From Octopus sinensis (Eukaryota), in assembly GCF_006345805.1 (NCBI RefSeq), contig NC_043021.1, positions 13,640,001 through 13,704,000 of the forward strand: a stretch of DNA of 64,000 nt, given 5' to 3'. A program made the translations under genes and the position numbers. The notes beneath the pieces were generated by a model, which did no database searches, was not told the DNA's origin, and saw only the letters and a list, made by a program, of their open reading frames with translations. Shown here in pieces: positions 1 to 11,510 of the stretch (its first letter is position 1; each line of letters begins with the position of its first letter).

Positions 1-197
1 GTGTATGTATACGTACATACACTCATACACACACACATACACACTTATACATGCACATGTACACACACACATACACATACATGCACACACTCTCACATGA
101 ACATGTGTCCAACACAGCACCCTAACCACTAGGCTATAAACCTTCATTATGTTGCCATGATTTACCCAAACACTGTGCCAGTCTAATATGTGCAATA

Positions 198-400
198 CAT
201 GGAGTTGGTAGATGTTGGATAAGTGTCAACATTCAGATTCAAAGAGAATTTAACGCTGGGCGTGGAGTCTTGCAGGGAGGTGTTCTGTCTCCTCTTTTGT
301 TTGTTGTCTGAGTAAACTAGTTAATGAGAGAAGCACTAAGGGAATGGATGGAAAGGAATTTAAAAAAATAATGGCCTGGCTCTCTGCTGGTTGCTATGAC
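198..400 (+). pseudogene. Degenerate non-LTR retrotransposon (RTE-like) reverse transcriptase fragment
   Basis: The frame through 243 reads REFNAGRGVLQGGVLSPLLFVV*VN*LMREALREW, matching the LINE RT motif GV(R/H)QG.VLSPLLF, with in-frame stops. Confidence 0.6.
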
Positions 401-761
401 ACGTGTTCCAATTGATTCGATCAATCATACAGTCTGCTTGTGAAATTAATGTGCAAATGGCTGGGCACTCTACAGACATGCATACCATTAACATACTTTT
501 CAGCAAGATTCAGCATGACACAGAATTTAACAAGCCTGTTCTTTTGTCTTTCAGGCACAATTCGAATTTTCAAATTTGGCAGCTGTGTGGACTGGAGCAA
601 CGAGAAATAAAGTGAATTGCTCAAGGATACAGTGCTCAGCTAGAAACTGAACTCACAACCTTACTATAATGAGCAAAATTACTAAGCATTTGGCAAATTT
701 GCTATTATGTTGACTATATTGTTTTACTTTGTTATGAAACGTGAAAGATATAAAGAATGAT

Positions 762-1260
762 ATCATCATCATCATCGTTTCATGTCTGTTTTCCATGCTA
801 GCATGGGTTGGACGGTTCGACCAGGGTCTGGGAAGCCAGGAGGCTGCACCAGTCTGATCTGGTAGTGTTTCTACAGCTGGATGCCCTTCCTAATGCCAAC
901 CACTCCATGAGTGTTGTGGGTGCTTTTTACGTGCCACCAGCACAGGTGCCAGGAGAGGCTGGCAGCACCCACGATCGGTTGGTGCTTTTTACGTGCCGCC
1001 GGCACAGAAACCAGTCAAGGCGACACTGGCATCAGCCACGTTTGGATGGTGCTTTTTACGTGCCACTGGCACAGGTATCACAACTGCAATTTCCATTTGA
1101 TTTTTTGATGTCGATGTACTTGACTCAATAGGTCTCCTCAAGGACAGCAGGTCACATTATGAACCAAGGTAAGCACAGCAGGTCATTCTGCAATCCAAGG
1201 TACTTTGGATGGGCTGGGGCTATGCAAAACTGGTGCAGGAAAGAGCCATGAACTCACATT
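762..1260 (-). mobile_element. RTE-type LINE 3' tail (family C), ending in (GAT)n on the minus strand
   Basis: (CAT)n followed by CGTTT..TTTTCCATGCTAGCATGGGTTGGACGG..GGATGCCCTTCCTAA.GCCAACCACTCC and internal GTGCTTTTTACGTGCCAC repeats; roughly 15 related copies in the window. Confidence 0.8.
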
Positions 1261-1377
1261 ATTTGTTGGGTCTTTGCAGTCACAGCATAAAGAAAAAACA
1301 TAATGGAACAGGCAAAAGTGTGAACATCTCTCTCACCTTTGAATTTTCTTTATTGCCACCCATCACCTACTCTTTCT

Positions 1378-1579
1378 ACTCTTTTATTTGTTTCAATCAT
1401 TTGATTGCGGCCATGCTGGGGCACTGCCTTTAGTCGAACAAATCGACCCCAGGACTTATTCTTTGTAAACCTAGTACTTATTTTATTGGTCTCTTTTGCC
1501 GAATCGCTAAGTTACGGGGATGTAAACACACCAACATTGGTTGTCAAATGATGGTGGGAGGACAAACACAGACACACAA
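1378..1579 (-). mobile_element. tRNA-derived SINE family A, 3' half
   Basis: Same tail as the full copy at 1862-2267. Confidence 0.8.
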
Positions 1580-1596
1580 TGTAGTGAATATTTCAG

Positions 1597-1713
1597 AAAA
1601 GGACGTTTAAAATGTTATTTTCAGCTGAAGATCACAGAGCATGTTTGTCATGCAAAGCGGGAAATCAACTGGTATTGAAATATACATTTCTTACTGATGT
1701 ATTCAAAGCAAAG
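1597..1713 (+). CDS. Candidate internal exon of an unidentified gene (KRTFKMLFSAEDHRACLSCKAGNQLVLKYTFLTDVFKAK)
   Basis: TTTCAG acceptors end at 1596 and at 1624, both fitting the same open frame; strong AAG|GTAAGC donor at 1714; unique sequence between SINEs. No homology recognised. Confidence 0.3.
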
Positions 1714-1861
1714 GTAAGCCTATTTCTCATATGTGCATTGCATTGCTTTATCATAATTTTTATGGTGGTTTTTGGAGCAACGGCTCTGATTTTAGCAAGT
1801 GGTATCATATACTCTACTGTATCTTAAATTATACACACACACGCACACGTGCACACACACA

Positions 1862-2267
1862 TACTCTTTTACTTGTTTCAGTCATTTGACTGTGGCCATG
1901 CTGGAGCACCGTCTTTAGTTGAACAAATCTACCCCAGGACTTATTCTTTGTAAGCCTAGTACTTATTCTATCGGCTCTTTTGCCGAACCACTAAGTGACG
2001 GGGATGTAAACACACCAGCATCGGTTGTCAAGTCATGTTGGGGGGACAAACACAGACATGTACACAAGCAGATATACATATATATATATATATATACATA
2101 TATACGACGGGCTTCTTTCAGATTTCGTCTACCAAATCCATTCACAAGGCTTTGGTCAGCCCGAGGCAATAGTAGAAGACACTTGCCCAAGTTGCCCTGC
2201 AGTGGGACCGAACCCAGAAGCATGTGGTTGGTAAGCAAGCTACTTACCACACAGCCACTCCTGCGCC
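1862..2267 (-). mobile_element. Full-length tRNA-derived SINE family A
   Basis: Minus strand: head GGCGCAGGAGTGGCTGTGTGGTAAG with B-box-like GGTTCGGTCCC, central (TA)n, tail GGTGCTCCAGCATGGCCACAGTCAAATGACTGAAACAAGTAAAAGAG. Confidence 0.85.
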
Positions 2268-2574
2268 TATATGATCGGCTTCTTTCAGTTTCTGCCTAAT
2301 AAATCCACCCACAAGGTTTTTATTGGCTCAAGGCTATAGTAGATGGCACTCGCCCAAGGTGCCAGGTACTCTCTATACCAACATTTGCTCACCTGTCCTC
2401 ACCTCTCAGATACACATTACTGGCTTTTCTGTTATCAGTGTTCCTTCTTCAAATTTACATTTATTATGTTCAGGGGCCTTCTCCATAGTGGGTAGGGCAT
2501 TGCAAGACTGGTTTTTATTCTGAAAGTGGTGGCATATTGTATTTTTGAGCAAAACATTTCATTTTGTGTTGCTC

Positions 2575-2735
2575 CAGTCCATCATCATTGTCATCATCAT
2601 CATCATCATCAGCGTCGTCGTCGTCATCATTATCATTGTCCTCCTCCTCCTCCTCATCATCATCATTGTTGTAATTGTCATTGTCACTACTACCACCACC
2701 CTCATCCTTATCATCATCATCATCCTCATCCTTCG
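2575..2735. repeat. Compound trinucleotide microsatellite (CAT/CGT/CCT) at an RTE tail
   Basis: Seen directly; it is the source of the poly-His, poly-Ile and poly-Asp ORFs. Confidence 0.9.
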
Positions 2736-3125
2736 ACATCTGTTTTCCATGCTGGAATGGGTTGGTTGATTTGACCAGAGCTTGCCAGCTATGGTCACCA
2801 GGATCCAGTCTGATTTGGCACAGCTTCTATGGCTGGATGCCCTTCCTAACACCAACCACTTTACAGAGTGTACAGGGTGCTTTTTTACATGGCATCAGCA
2901 CCAGTGCTTTTCATGTGATACCAGCACCTACAGGGTCACCAAGTACCTTGCAAGACAAAACTCCCTCAACTGAGAACGGGAAGTATTGAAAGGGTGTGGT
3001 TTTGTGCCAGATGATAAGGGGTGAAACTACGTTCACCACTTTACAGGGTGTGTTGGGTGCTTTTATGTGGCACTGCATGAGTGCTTCTACATGGCACCGG
3101 CCATGAGTGTTCTTTACATGGTACC
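2700..3125 (-). mobile_element. RTE-type 3' tail (family C)
   Basis: TTTTCCATGCTGG..GGATGCCCTTCCTAACACCAACCAC motif. Confidence 0.75.
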
Positions 3126-3420
3126 AACTCAGGACTCTGGCAGGCCTATCCTTTCAACTATAAATGAGTCCCAGCAATAGCTGGGAAGTTAACCCTGTAA
3201 TGGACCGGCATCCCATTCAGAAGGAAGAGAGTGTTGTAAGTTTGGTCATTTATATGCCATAGAAACCAAGGCCTCATCCAGAGTAAACCTTTGGGCTCAT
3301 CACACACCCAGTAGAAAGTGACAGATATCAGTCGAAGATGAGTTCTTGCTAAGAATTGAGAGTTAACCCTGTAACAGACTGGTGTCGTTTCCAGAGGTGA
3401 ATTTTATATTCTCTGCTGCT

Positions 3421-3648
3421 TAGTTCATCAGCGTTCAAACTGGCCATATCCAGCCCGAATATTCTATATGTTTTATGTTCTAACTGGCCAGATCCATCTT
3501 CTCACATCTAACCTACAATGTTATTCTAAAAATATACAGTGACATCATTGAAATCTCAAAGCTACAAGATAGTGCATGATTAATTCAAAACAATGTGAAT
3601 AAATAAGCATCACATTTGACAAAGAAATCTGAATGCTAAAGAATTAAA
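3421..3648 (-). mobile_element. piggyBac-like MITE
   Basis: Reverse complement of the TTAA-flanked element at 49053-49263; a third partial copy lies at ~24645-24825. Confidence 0.65.
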
Positions 3649-3863
3649 TATCACAGAAACTTGGATAAGTTCCGGCCAAATAAGTTCAAATTCCTCTGAG
3701 ATTAATTTTATCTTTCAATCTTGTACCACACATATCAGGTACTGGTGTTCATTTAATCGATGAAGCCACACTCCTTTCAAACTATTTGCGATGTACTTAC
3801 AATTGCTTTTATCATTAATATTATCATTATAATTGAGTGAGAGAACAGCACATGACATCAAAG

Positions 3864-4860
3864 TGACACTGGGGTACAAATATATGAAGTCCAATGACTT
3901 CCTGTCTGATAAGGGTACATCAGGCACATCTTCACAACCAGATACATGTGGCTCGGTGAATCTCATATCAAGATAAACAGTGAACCTCAGATTAAGATAA
4001 ACAGTGCATGACTTTGCAGGTGGGGCCCAGTTAGAATTTTCTTCAGGTTGAGTAGCCCATCCTGCTCAAAAGGTCCCTGAATAAAGTTTGTTTATGAATG
4101 ATGAATGAAACATCCATGTTTCCTGAGGTGAATTATTCAAACCCCAAAGAATCACTCTCAACACATGGCTATAATGCTCCCCAGCTACTTTTGCTCATGA
4201 TCAGAGATGCACATATTGTCAGCCACTAAGGGACATGCTCAACTAGTTATGGTCAAGTAACTGAGAAGCAAATCTGTGGTATTGAGCTGATATGCACATG
4301 AGAGCCACTATTATTGAGTGAGGGAACTGTGCATGCTATTATATATGACACTGGGGTAAAATATACGAAGCCCAGTATACCCATCATGACTACCTGTCTG
4401 ATAAGGGTACACTAGGCACATGCATCACAACCATATGTGCACGATATGGTGATCTCATATCAAGATAAACAGCGCATGACCTTGCAGGTGGGGCCCAGTT
4501 AGAATTTTCTTCTGGTCGAGTAACCCATCCTGCTCAAAAGGTCCCTGAATAAGAGTTGTTTAAGGGTGTTGAAGGAAACACCCATGTTTCCAGAGGTGAA
4601 TTATTCAAAATCCAAAGAATCCCTCTCAACACATGGCTATGATGCTCCCCCACTACTTCTGCTTGGGATCAGAGATGCACGTATCGTCAGCCACTAAAGG
4701 ACATGCTCAACTGGTTATGGTTAAACAACTGACAAGCAAATCTGTGGTATTGAGCAGAATATTTGATGTAGCCCAAGACAAAACAATGTACATGATAACA
4801 CTCCCAATCAGTTAAGATCAGAAGCCACGAGAGCCACTGTCTGGTACTGCATCAGGGCAT
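3864..4860. repeat. Two diverged tandem copies of an interspersed repeat (3864-4290 and 4346-4758, period ~480 bp); the second continues into an (ATT)n tail
   Basis: Both copies start TGACACTGGGGTA and share CTGTCTGATAAGGGTACA..GCAGGTGGGGCCCAGTTAGAATTTTCT..GCAAATCTGTGGTATTGAGC. Confidence 0.85.
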
Positions 4861-4879
4861 TATTATTGTTATTGTTATT

Positions 4880-7478
4880 CGCGTGGCGGAGGCGAAGCGA
4901 GGCAACAGAGCAACCATTCGGTCTTTGGTGGACCAGAACGGGCGCGAGGTTACCGAACCGAAGCAGATGTGTATGGTGCTTCAGCGGCACTTTGCTCAAC
5001 TGTTTGAGACGAGCGGTGGAACGGACAATGGTGCAGACTTCGGTGTGTACCTGGACGGCCTACCGCAACTCTCGGACAGCGAGGCAGAGTGCTGCGAAGG
5101 ACCGATATCTGCCTGGGAAGTACAGGAAGCGATGAAGAGTTGCACGAGAGGTAGATCGCCGGGTTTGGATGGTCTGCCCTACGAGCTTTACTTTTCAATG
5201 CCAGACTTGTTTGCGGGCCTGTTGGCAAACGTCTACTGCAACTGGCAGCAAAACGGGAGAATTCCTGCTTTTGTCTGTCGAGGGGTGGTGGCTTTGCTGA
5301 AGAAGGACCCAAACAAGGGGGACGTTATAGGGAATTTTCGACCCATCACTCTGCTCAATGCAGAGTTGAAGATTTTGGCCAAGGTGCTAGCCAAGAGATT
5401 GGCGCTTGTCGTGGACAAGCTGGTCGGCAAGACGCAGACATGCGCCGTGCCGACCAGGTCGATACACAACAACCTCCATCTCCTGCGCTACATCATAGAG
5501 AGGGTGGGTAGCGACGCTGGCGCGGGTGGGGCTTTGATCAACTTGGATCAGAGTAAAGCCTTCGATAGGGTCGACCATCGGTACCTGGCAGCTGTCCTCA
5601 AGGCAGCCGGCTTTGGTCCAGTCTTCCGCGGGTGGATCGCTGTTTTATACAGCAATATCTGCTCGGTGATACGGGTGAACGATCACCTTTCGGAACCGTT
5701 CGGCATCTCGCGTTCGGTCCGCCAAGGATGCCCTCTCTCCTCCCTCTTGTACATTTTGACTCTTGAGCCATTACTGCGCAAGTTGGAGGCTTTGAGGGGT
5801 ATCCCGCGCGATCTAGGAGGCGGAAACAGCGTGTCTGCTTATGCCGACGACGTCACCGTGGTGGTGTTGAGCCACAGGCACATTGGCCTGATTGGCGAGA
5901 CACTAAACCAGTACGAAGCGGTGACAGGGGCAAAGATTAACGCGGAAAAGTCTGTGGGCTTGCAACTGGGCACCTGGAGAGGCAAGCCCATGCCGTCCAA
6001 CAGCGTCGTAGGGCGCTGGACAGACGGACCCGTTAAACTGCTCGGGGTCTGGTTCGGTCCGGACCTCCAGGTGGATAAGAACTGGGAAGAGGTGACGAGC
6101 AGGGTGGCACGTCTCACCCAGAAATGGGCTGAGAGGAAGCTGTCCCTGAAAGGTCGAGCGGAGGTGGCGAATGCGTACATCGCATCCGTCATCTATTACC
6201 GCTTGACCGTCGTCCCTTGTCCCGACCGCTGGTTGGCTAAGCTGGTACGCCTGCTCTTCGACTTTTTGTGGAAGGGTCAGGTGCCACTGGTCAGGCGATC
6301 CATCTGCTGTCAACGACCACTGAACGGAGGCCTTGGAATGCCGTGGTTGCTGTTGCGCAGACATGCGCTCAGGCTGTGGCATCTCAAGCGCTTCCTAGAC
6401 GGTGAACAGGTGTGGTCGTCTTTTGTCAGACGCGATTTTCCACAGCTCGTCTCTTTGACAGACCTGCAGACCTGGATCAAACGTAGACCGAGAAAGGGCG
6501 CTTGGCACCTCAAGTGCCGTCAAGCCCTCTCTGCACTCCGTCAGGCGGGCAATGCGATCGGTTACAGCTCCACTCTAGCATTCTATAGAGGGTTAGTGGA
6601 GGAAAAATGCGACAACATTCTCGGGGAAACTCTAGGCGTTGAAGACGACGAACTGTGCGGTCTGTTCGGGAGGACTTTCGAGCCGGGGCCGATGGATAAT
6701 TTCCAGAGGTCGCTCGCCTGGCAGTGCTACCGAGGGGCTCTGCCTGTTCTAGATAAACTCTACCGGCACGGAAGTGCCGTCAGCCGGGCCTGCCCGAGGT
6801 GTTGCCAGGACGACGAAACCGTTCTGCACGCACTCGTCCAGTGCCCGAGTATTGCTGAAATATAGGTTTATGTTGAACAGCTACTGTCGCGTATAGGACG
6901 GATCCGACTATCGGCCGAATCCATAGTGAAGATTGCCCCGCCGACCTCCTTTAACAAGGAGGGCGAGGCCGTTTTCTTGTGCCTAGTGGCTGTGGCGAAA
7001 GAGGTGGTGTGGTGGACTCGTTTGAAAGGGCTAAAGTCAGACACTTTCCTCTTTGGTCAAGGCCTCATCAACTTTTTCAAGTTTCACTTGAAAAGGAAGA
7101 TGAGGTTAGAGAGGAAAGTGCTGTCCGATAGCAAGTTTTATGAAAGGTGGGTGAATTGTGCGAGACTGGCCAGTATAAATGGTCCAGTTCTCAGGTTTCG
7201 CCTGTGATTTCAAAAAGGTAATACAAAAGGAGAAAAAAGGGACTCTCTACACCCCTTTTTTGACCAGGCCCCCGTTGGCTTTTGTAGGGTTTTTTCCACC
7301 AGGAACCTTTCGAAACGTCTCCCCCTTTTGGGAGTTTTTCATTGTTTTATAATCATTGTTATTAAGTTTTTACTCGATGTTTTTCAAAAACGGACAAAAC
7401 CCTTTGTAACCTTTCGTCCTGTATTGTCCCTTCATGTTTCAAATCATGCGTGTCAGCCCTTGTGGCCAATAAAAAAGA
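4880..7478 (+). mobile_element. 5'-truncated Tx1/L1-clade LINE with 3' UTR and AATAAAAAA end
   Basis: GC/CpG-rich island with abrupt edges, ORF2 4883-7207, ~270-bp 3' UTR, (ATT)n-like tracts on both sides. Confidence 0.9.
4883..7207 (+). pseudogene. LINE ORF2 (RT plus C-terminal CCHC zinc knuckle); endonuclease missing; one premature TAG at 6863-6865
   Basis: Motifs SPGLDG, NFRPITLLN, DQSKAFDRV, VRQGCPLS, YADD and CPRC..ETVLHALVQC; ORF 6926-7207 is in the same frame after the stop. Confidence 0.92.
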
Positions 7479-7520
7479 ATTAATTATTATTATTATTATT
7501 ATATTATTATTATTATTATT

Positions 7521-7995
7521 GGTTAGGTGTGGGCTCTGAATGCAGAGGACATGCGAACGTGAGAAAGGAATGAGGCTAGTATGCTCTGCTTTATGTGTAA
7601 TGTAAGTGTACATGTCTGACAGAGTGCTAGTGTTTTGAGAAAGAAGTTGGCCATAAGAGAAATTAGTTGCTGTGTGCATGAGAGAAGACTGTGCTGATTC
7701 GGTCATGTAATGTGGATAGATGCCCATAGCTCCATAAAGAAGTGCTGATCTCTCAAAGTAGATGGAATACGTGCAAGTGGGAGGCCCAGGAAGGAATGGG
7801 ATGACGTACTGAAGAATAACCCCAGGACGCTGAACCTTTCAGGCGAGATGACAAAGGATGTTTGGCGCCTTGCTCTACTCAAGAAGACCCGTTCTCTGCA
7901 GTAGAAGTGTTACGATTCGTCCCTCTGGTGGTGAAAAAAACTTGTGGAGGTGTCACGTAAAAGCGCCCGTGCGATGCTATGTAAAAGCGCCATCC
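7521..7995 (+). mobile_element. RTE-clade LINE 3' fragment (ORF2 C-terminus plus start of 3' UTR)
   Basis: The frame from 7530 reads WALNAEDMRT*ERNEASMLCFMCNVSVH..ERRLC*FGHVMW..GRPRKEWDDVLK..WRLALLKKTRSLQ* (TAG 7902-7904), followed by CACGTAAAAGCGCCC repeats like family C. Confidence 0.85.
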
Positions 7996-8539
7996 CCGAC
8001 AAAAAAAAAAAGAGAAAGGAGATCAAGTCAGCCACGGTGCCACTTGAACTCAGAACACGAGGTACTCAACTAAAATATCACACGATATTTTGTCCGCCAC
8101 TCTCCCGATTGTATCAATAGCAAGAGCGTCTGACTAACTATCTTGTAAAATCTAAGTACGGCTCTTTGCTGTAATTAAATATCGCCAAGTTCGACTTTGC
8201 CTTTCAGCCTTCCGGGTTTGGTAAATAAGTATCATTCAAGTTTTGAAGTCGATTCAAGCAATAACAACTCTCCCACCCAAACGAATAAAATCGTTTGTGT
8301 TCGAAATCATCATCATTGACACAGAGATGTCACCGAATATATTGTCTTTGGATCAGCTTGTGTCATTTTATTGGTCATATTGCCTTTCAGGACTTCGTTT
8401 GCTCGGCTGTCTTACAGCGTAAACCCCTTCTAGATCGTTTAAAGACGACTTCCAGTTATTAGTATAATATAATATATTATATGATCAATACATTATAAAT
8501 AAATATATTCTGAAAAATGCCAGTGGTGTCCGAATGGAA

Positions 8540-8803
8540 AAGAGAGAAGAAAAGCAAAATAGAGAGGTAGTAGAACGGAGACGGACAGAGATAAATAGAG
8601 AGTAAGTTGAAAAAGAAACAGAGCGAGAGAGAGAGAGAGAGAGATAGAGAGGAAAGAAGAATGTGTGTAATAAAAAAGAGAAAGGTCGAGAAAGATAGAC
8701 AGAGAGAGAGAGAAAGAGAAAGAGAAAAAGAGAGAGAAAAAGAGAGAGAAAGAGCAATAAAGAGAAAGCGAAAGTTTGTATTTTCGAGCAGAGAGAGAGA
8801 GAG

Positions 8804-8834
<31 letters not shown>

Positions 8835-9077
8835 AGCAGTATATGTGTGTAATAAAAGAGAGAAAGGCTGAGAGAGATAGACAGTGAGAGAAAGAGAGCG
8901 AGAGAAAAAGAGTGAGAAAGAGCAATAAAGAGAAAGCGAAAGTTTGTATTTCTGAGGAGAGAAAGTGAGAGAGAGAGGGAAAGAGAAAGCGCAAAAGAGT
9001 TTGAGAACGAATAAGTGAGATAATTAGAGACACCGAGAAAGAGAAAGTGTAACAGAGAATGTGTTTTAATGGCAGAG

Positions 9078-9114
<37 letters not shown>

Positions 9115-9725
9115 TAATGTGTGTATAATAGAGTGTGTCAGTGAGAGGGGAGAGAGAAAACAGAGAGTGAATGTAAGAGAGAGTCTGTTCCAGAGAGAGA
9201 GAGAGTGTGTGTGTGTGTATGAGAGAGTTTCAGTGATAGAAAGAGTGTGGGAGAAAGTATATGTCTGTGAGAGAGTATTGTGCGAAAGGAAGAGACAGAG
9301 TGAGTAAAAGATAGAAAAAGAGTGAGAGCGCGTAAGAAAGATAAATTAAGATAGAGAGAGAGAGAGAGAGAGAGGCGATTAAAGAGCGACAGAGAGGAAG
9401 TGAAACAAAAAGAGAGAGAGAGAAGGTTAAAAGAAAGACTGAGAAAATCTAAGAGAGGTATATAGAGAGAGAGGTAGAGAGAGAGAGAGAGGAGATGGAA
9501 GGAGAGTTCTAAACAAAAAGAGAGAGAAGCTTAAAAGAAAGACTGAGAAAATCTAAGAGAGGTAGAGAGAGAGGTAGAGAGAGAGAGGTAGAAAGAGAGA
9601 GAGCATGGAAGGAGAGTTCTAAACAAAAAGAGAGAGAAGCTTAAAAGAAAGACTGAGAAAATCTAAGAGAGGTAGAGTGAGAGAGAGGTAGAGAGAGAGA
9701 GAGAGGAGATGGAAGGAGAGTTCTA
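8540..9725. repeat. Polypurine (GA)-rich block with higher-order units
   Basis: GAGCAATAAAGAGAAAGCGAAAGTTTGTATT occurs twice; AAAAGAAAGACTGAGAAAATCTAAGAGAGGTA occurs three times at ~110-bp spacing. Confidence 0.9.
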
Positions 9726-9906
9726 AATAAACAGGGTGTTGTTATTATCATATCTTGACTAGCGTGATTACCTCCCTTGAACGAAGTGCAGTATGGGTGC
9801 GGGGTTTTGAGGAACAGGAAAATATTAAAATTTTTATCGATTCTCTTTGATAGCGGGATCCACTGAAAACACCCTTTTTTATTACCAGGATACCCACCCA
9901 ACCTCT

Positions 9907-9928
9907 GTATATATATATATATATAATA

Positions 9929-10006
<78 letters not shown>

Positions 10007-10401
10007 TATATCAAACACCGAAGGGAGGATATATAAATAAATAAATATATATATATATATGTGTATATATAGAGGCAAATGTATATATAAATTATTATAT
10101 ATATAATTATACTCAACGACGACACAAGGAAAAAAAAAAGTAACATATATATATATATATACATACATACATATTCATATATATATACACATATAAATAC
10201 ATATATATATGTGTGTATATATATATGTCTATAATACATAAATATATGTATATATGTATGTGTGTATATATATATATATATCTGGAATAACGGAAGGAAT
10301 TTAGCTTATTAACCAGAACCACTTCGAGCCGGCGACTTGAGACATCGCAGTGATTTTTCTGTATTTATCACACACCTACACACATATACGCGCGCACCTA
10401 T

Positions 10402-10450
<49 letters not shown>

Positions 10451-10490
10451 AATATATATATATATATTTATATTATATATATATATATTT
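9907..10490. repeat. (TA)n-rich tracts immediately upstream of the syntaxin start codon
   Basis: Seen directly; the last tract (~10398-10488) ends about 45 bp before the ATG. Confidence 0.9.
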
Positions 10491-10534
10491 ACCATATAAA
10501 TCATTATTATATATAATATAAATTACTACCAAGG

Positions 10535-10567
10535 ATGACTAAGGATCGTCTTGCGGCGCTTAAAGCG
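10535..10567 (+). CDS. Syx1A: Syntaxin-1 first coding exon (N-peptide MTKDRLAALKA), phase-0 donor
   Basis: ATG ACT AAG GAT CGT CTT GCG GCG CTT AAA GCG|GTGAGT. It matches the invertebrate syntaxin-1 N-terminus (Drosophila Syx1A MTKDRLAAL.., C. elegans UNC-64 MTKDRLSALKA), and vertebrate STX1A has a similarly short first coding exon. Confidence 0.9.
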
Positions 10568-11139
10568 GTGAGTTTCCCCCTTTTTAATTTATCTGTTGAT
10601 TGCCTTTTCACGTTTTAATTAAATGCTATCTATTCTCTGTTGTACATCCATAAATATTTAATATATTTACTTACTTATATGCCTATATATATATATACAT
10701 TTCTCTCTCCCTCTCTCTATCGGTATCTATTTCGTTCTACATAAAGATATAGAACGTTGAAAAATAACATCTAGATAGGTATATATACATACATATATTG
10801 ATGCACACACACGTAGATGTATATATATATATATATATATTAGAAGAAATGAGGTATATATATATATATACATTCATCCATCCATCTATATGAAGTGTGT
10901 CATGTCTATATCCTTATACATTTGTAGAATAATTAGACACAGCAGTACGTATATACATATACAAGTTAGTTTCGATTGTGACATCTGATTCTGTCTTTGG
11001 TAACGAAACAGCAATTAATTCGTTAATTCTGAACCGTTAGAATGAAAGTTAATTTTGCATGTCATTCGACAGAATGCCAACTGCAAAGATCACCTGGATG
11101 GTTTCTACAAAAAAAAAATAATACAAAACCCCCTCACAC

Positions 11140-11198
<59 letters not shown>

Positions 11199-11318
11199 AT
11201 CTATGTATCTATCTATCTATCATCTATCTATTATCTATCTATCTATCTGTCTATCTATCATCTATCTATCTATGTATCTATCTATCTATCATCTATCTAT
11301 TATCTATCTATCTATCTG

Positions 11319-11357
<39 letters not shown>
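11140..11357. repeat. (TCTA)n microsatellite with an internal duplicated unit
   Basis: Seen directly. Confidence 0.95.
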
Positions 11358-11464
11358 CCGTGTAATTCATTAACTTAACACATTACACACATATAACATC
11401 TGCATTATTTATACTAATTGAATAACCATAGGGCCGCATAAACACGCACATCGTGCGATATCTA

Positions 11465-11510
<46 letters not shown>

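Noticed and set aside
2400-2521. Possible minus-strand exon (TTTCAG acceptor, GTGAG donors)
   Set aside because: All three frames hit a stop before the GTGAG donors, and no recognisable protein results.
2515-2739. Poly-Asp/Glu ORF resembling the syntaxin acidic stretch; also (GAT)n runs at ~14835, 35350, 46817, 50715 and 51970
   Set aside because: These are microsatellites, mostly RTE tails, with no FMEEFFEQ motif or suitable splice sites; the ORF is on the wrong strand and upstream of exon 1.
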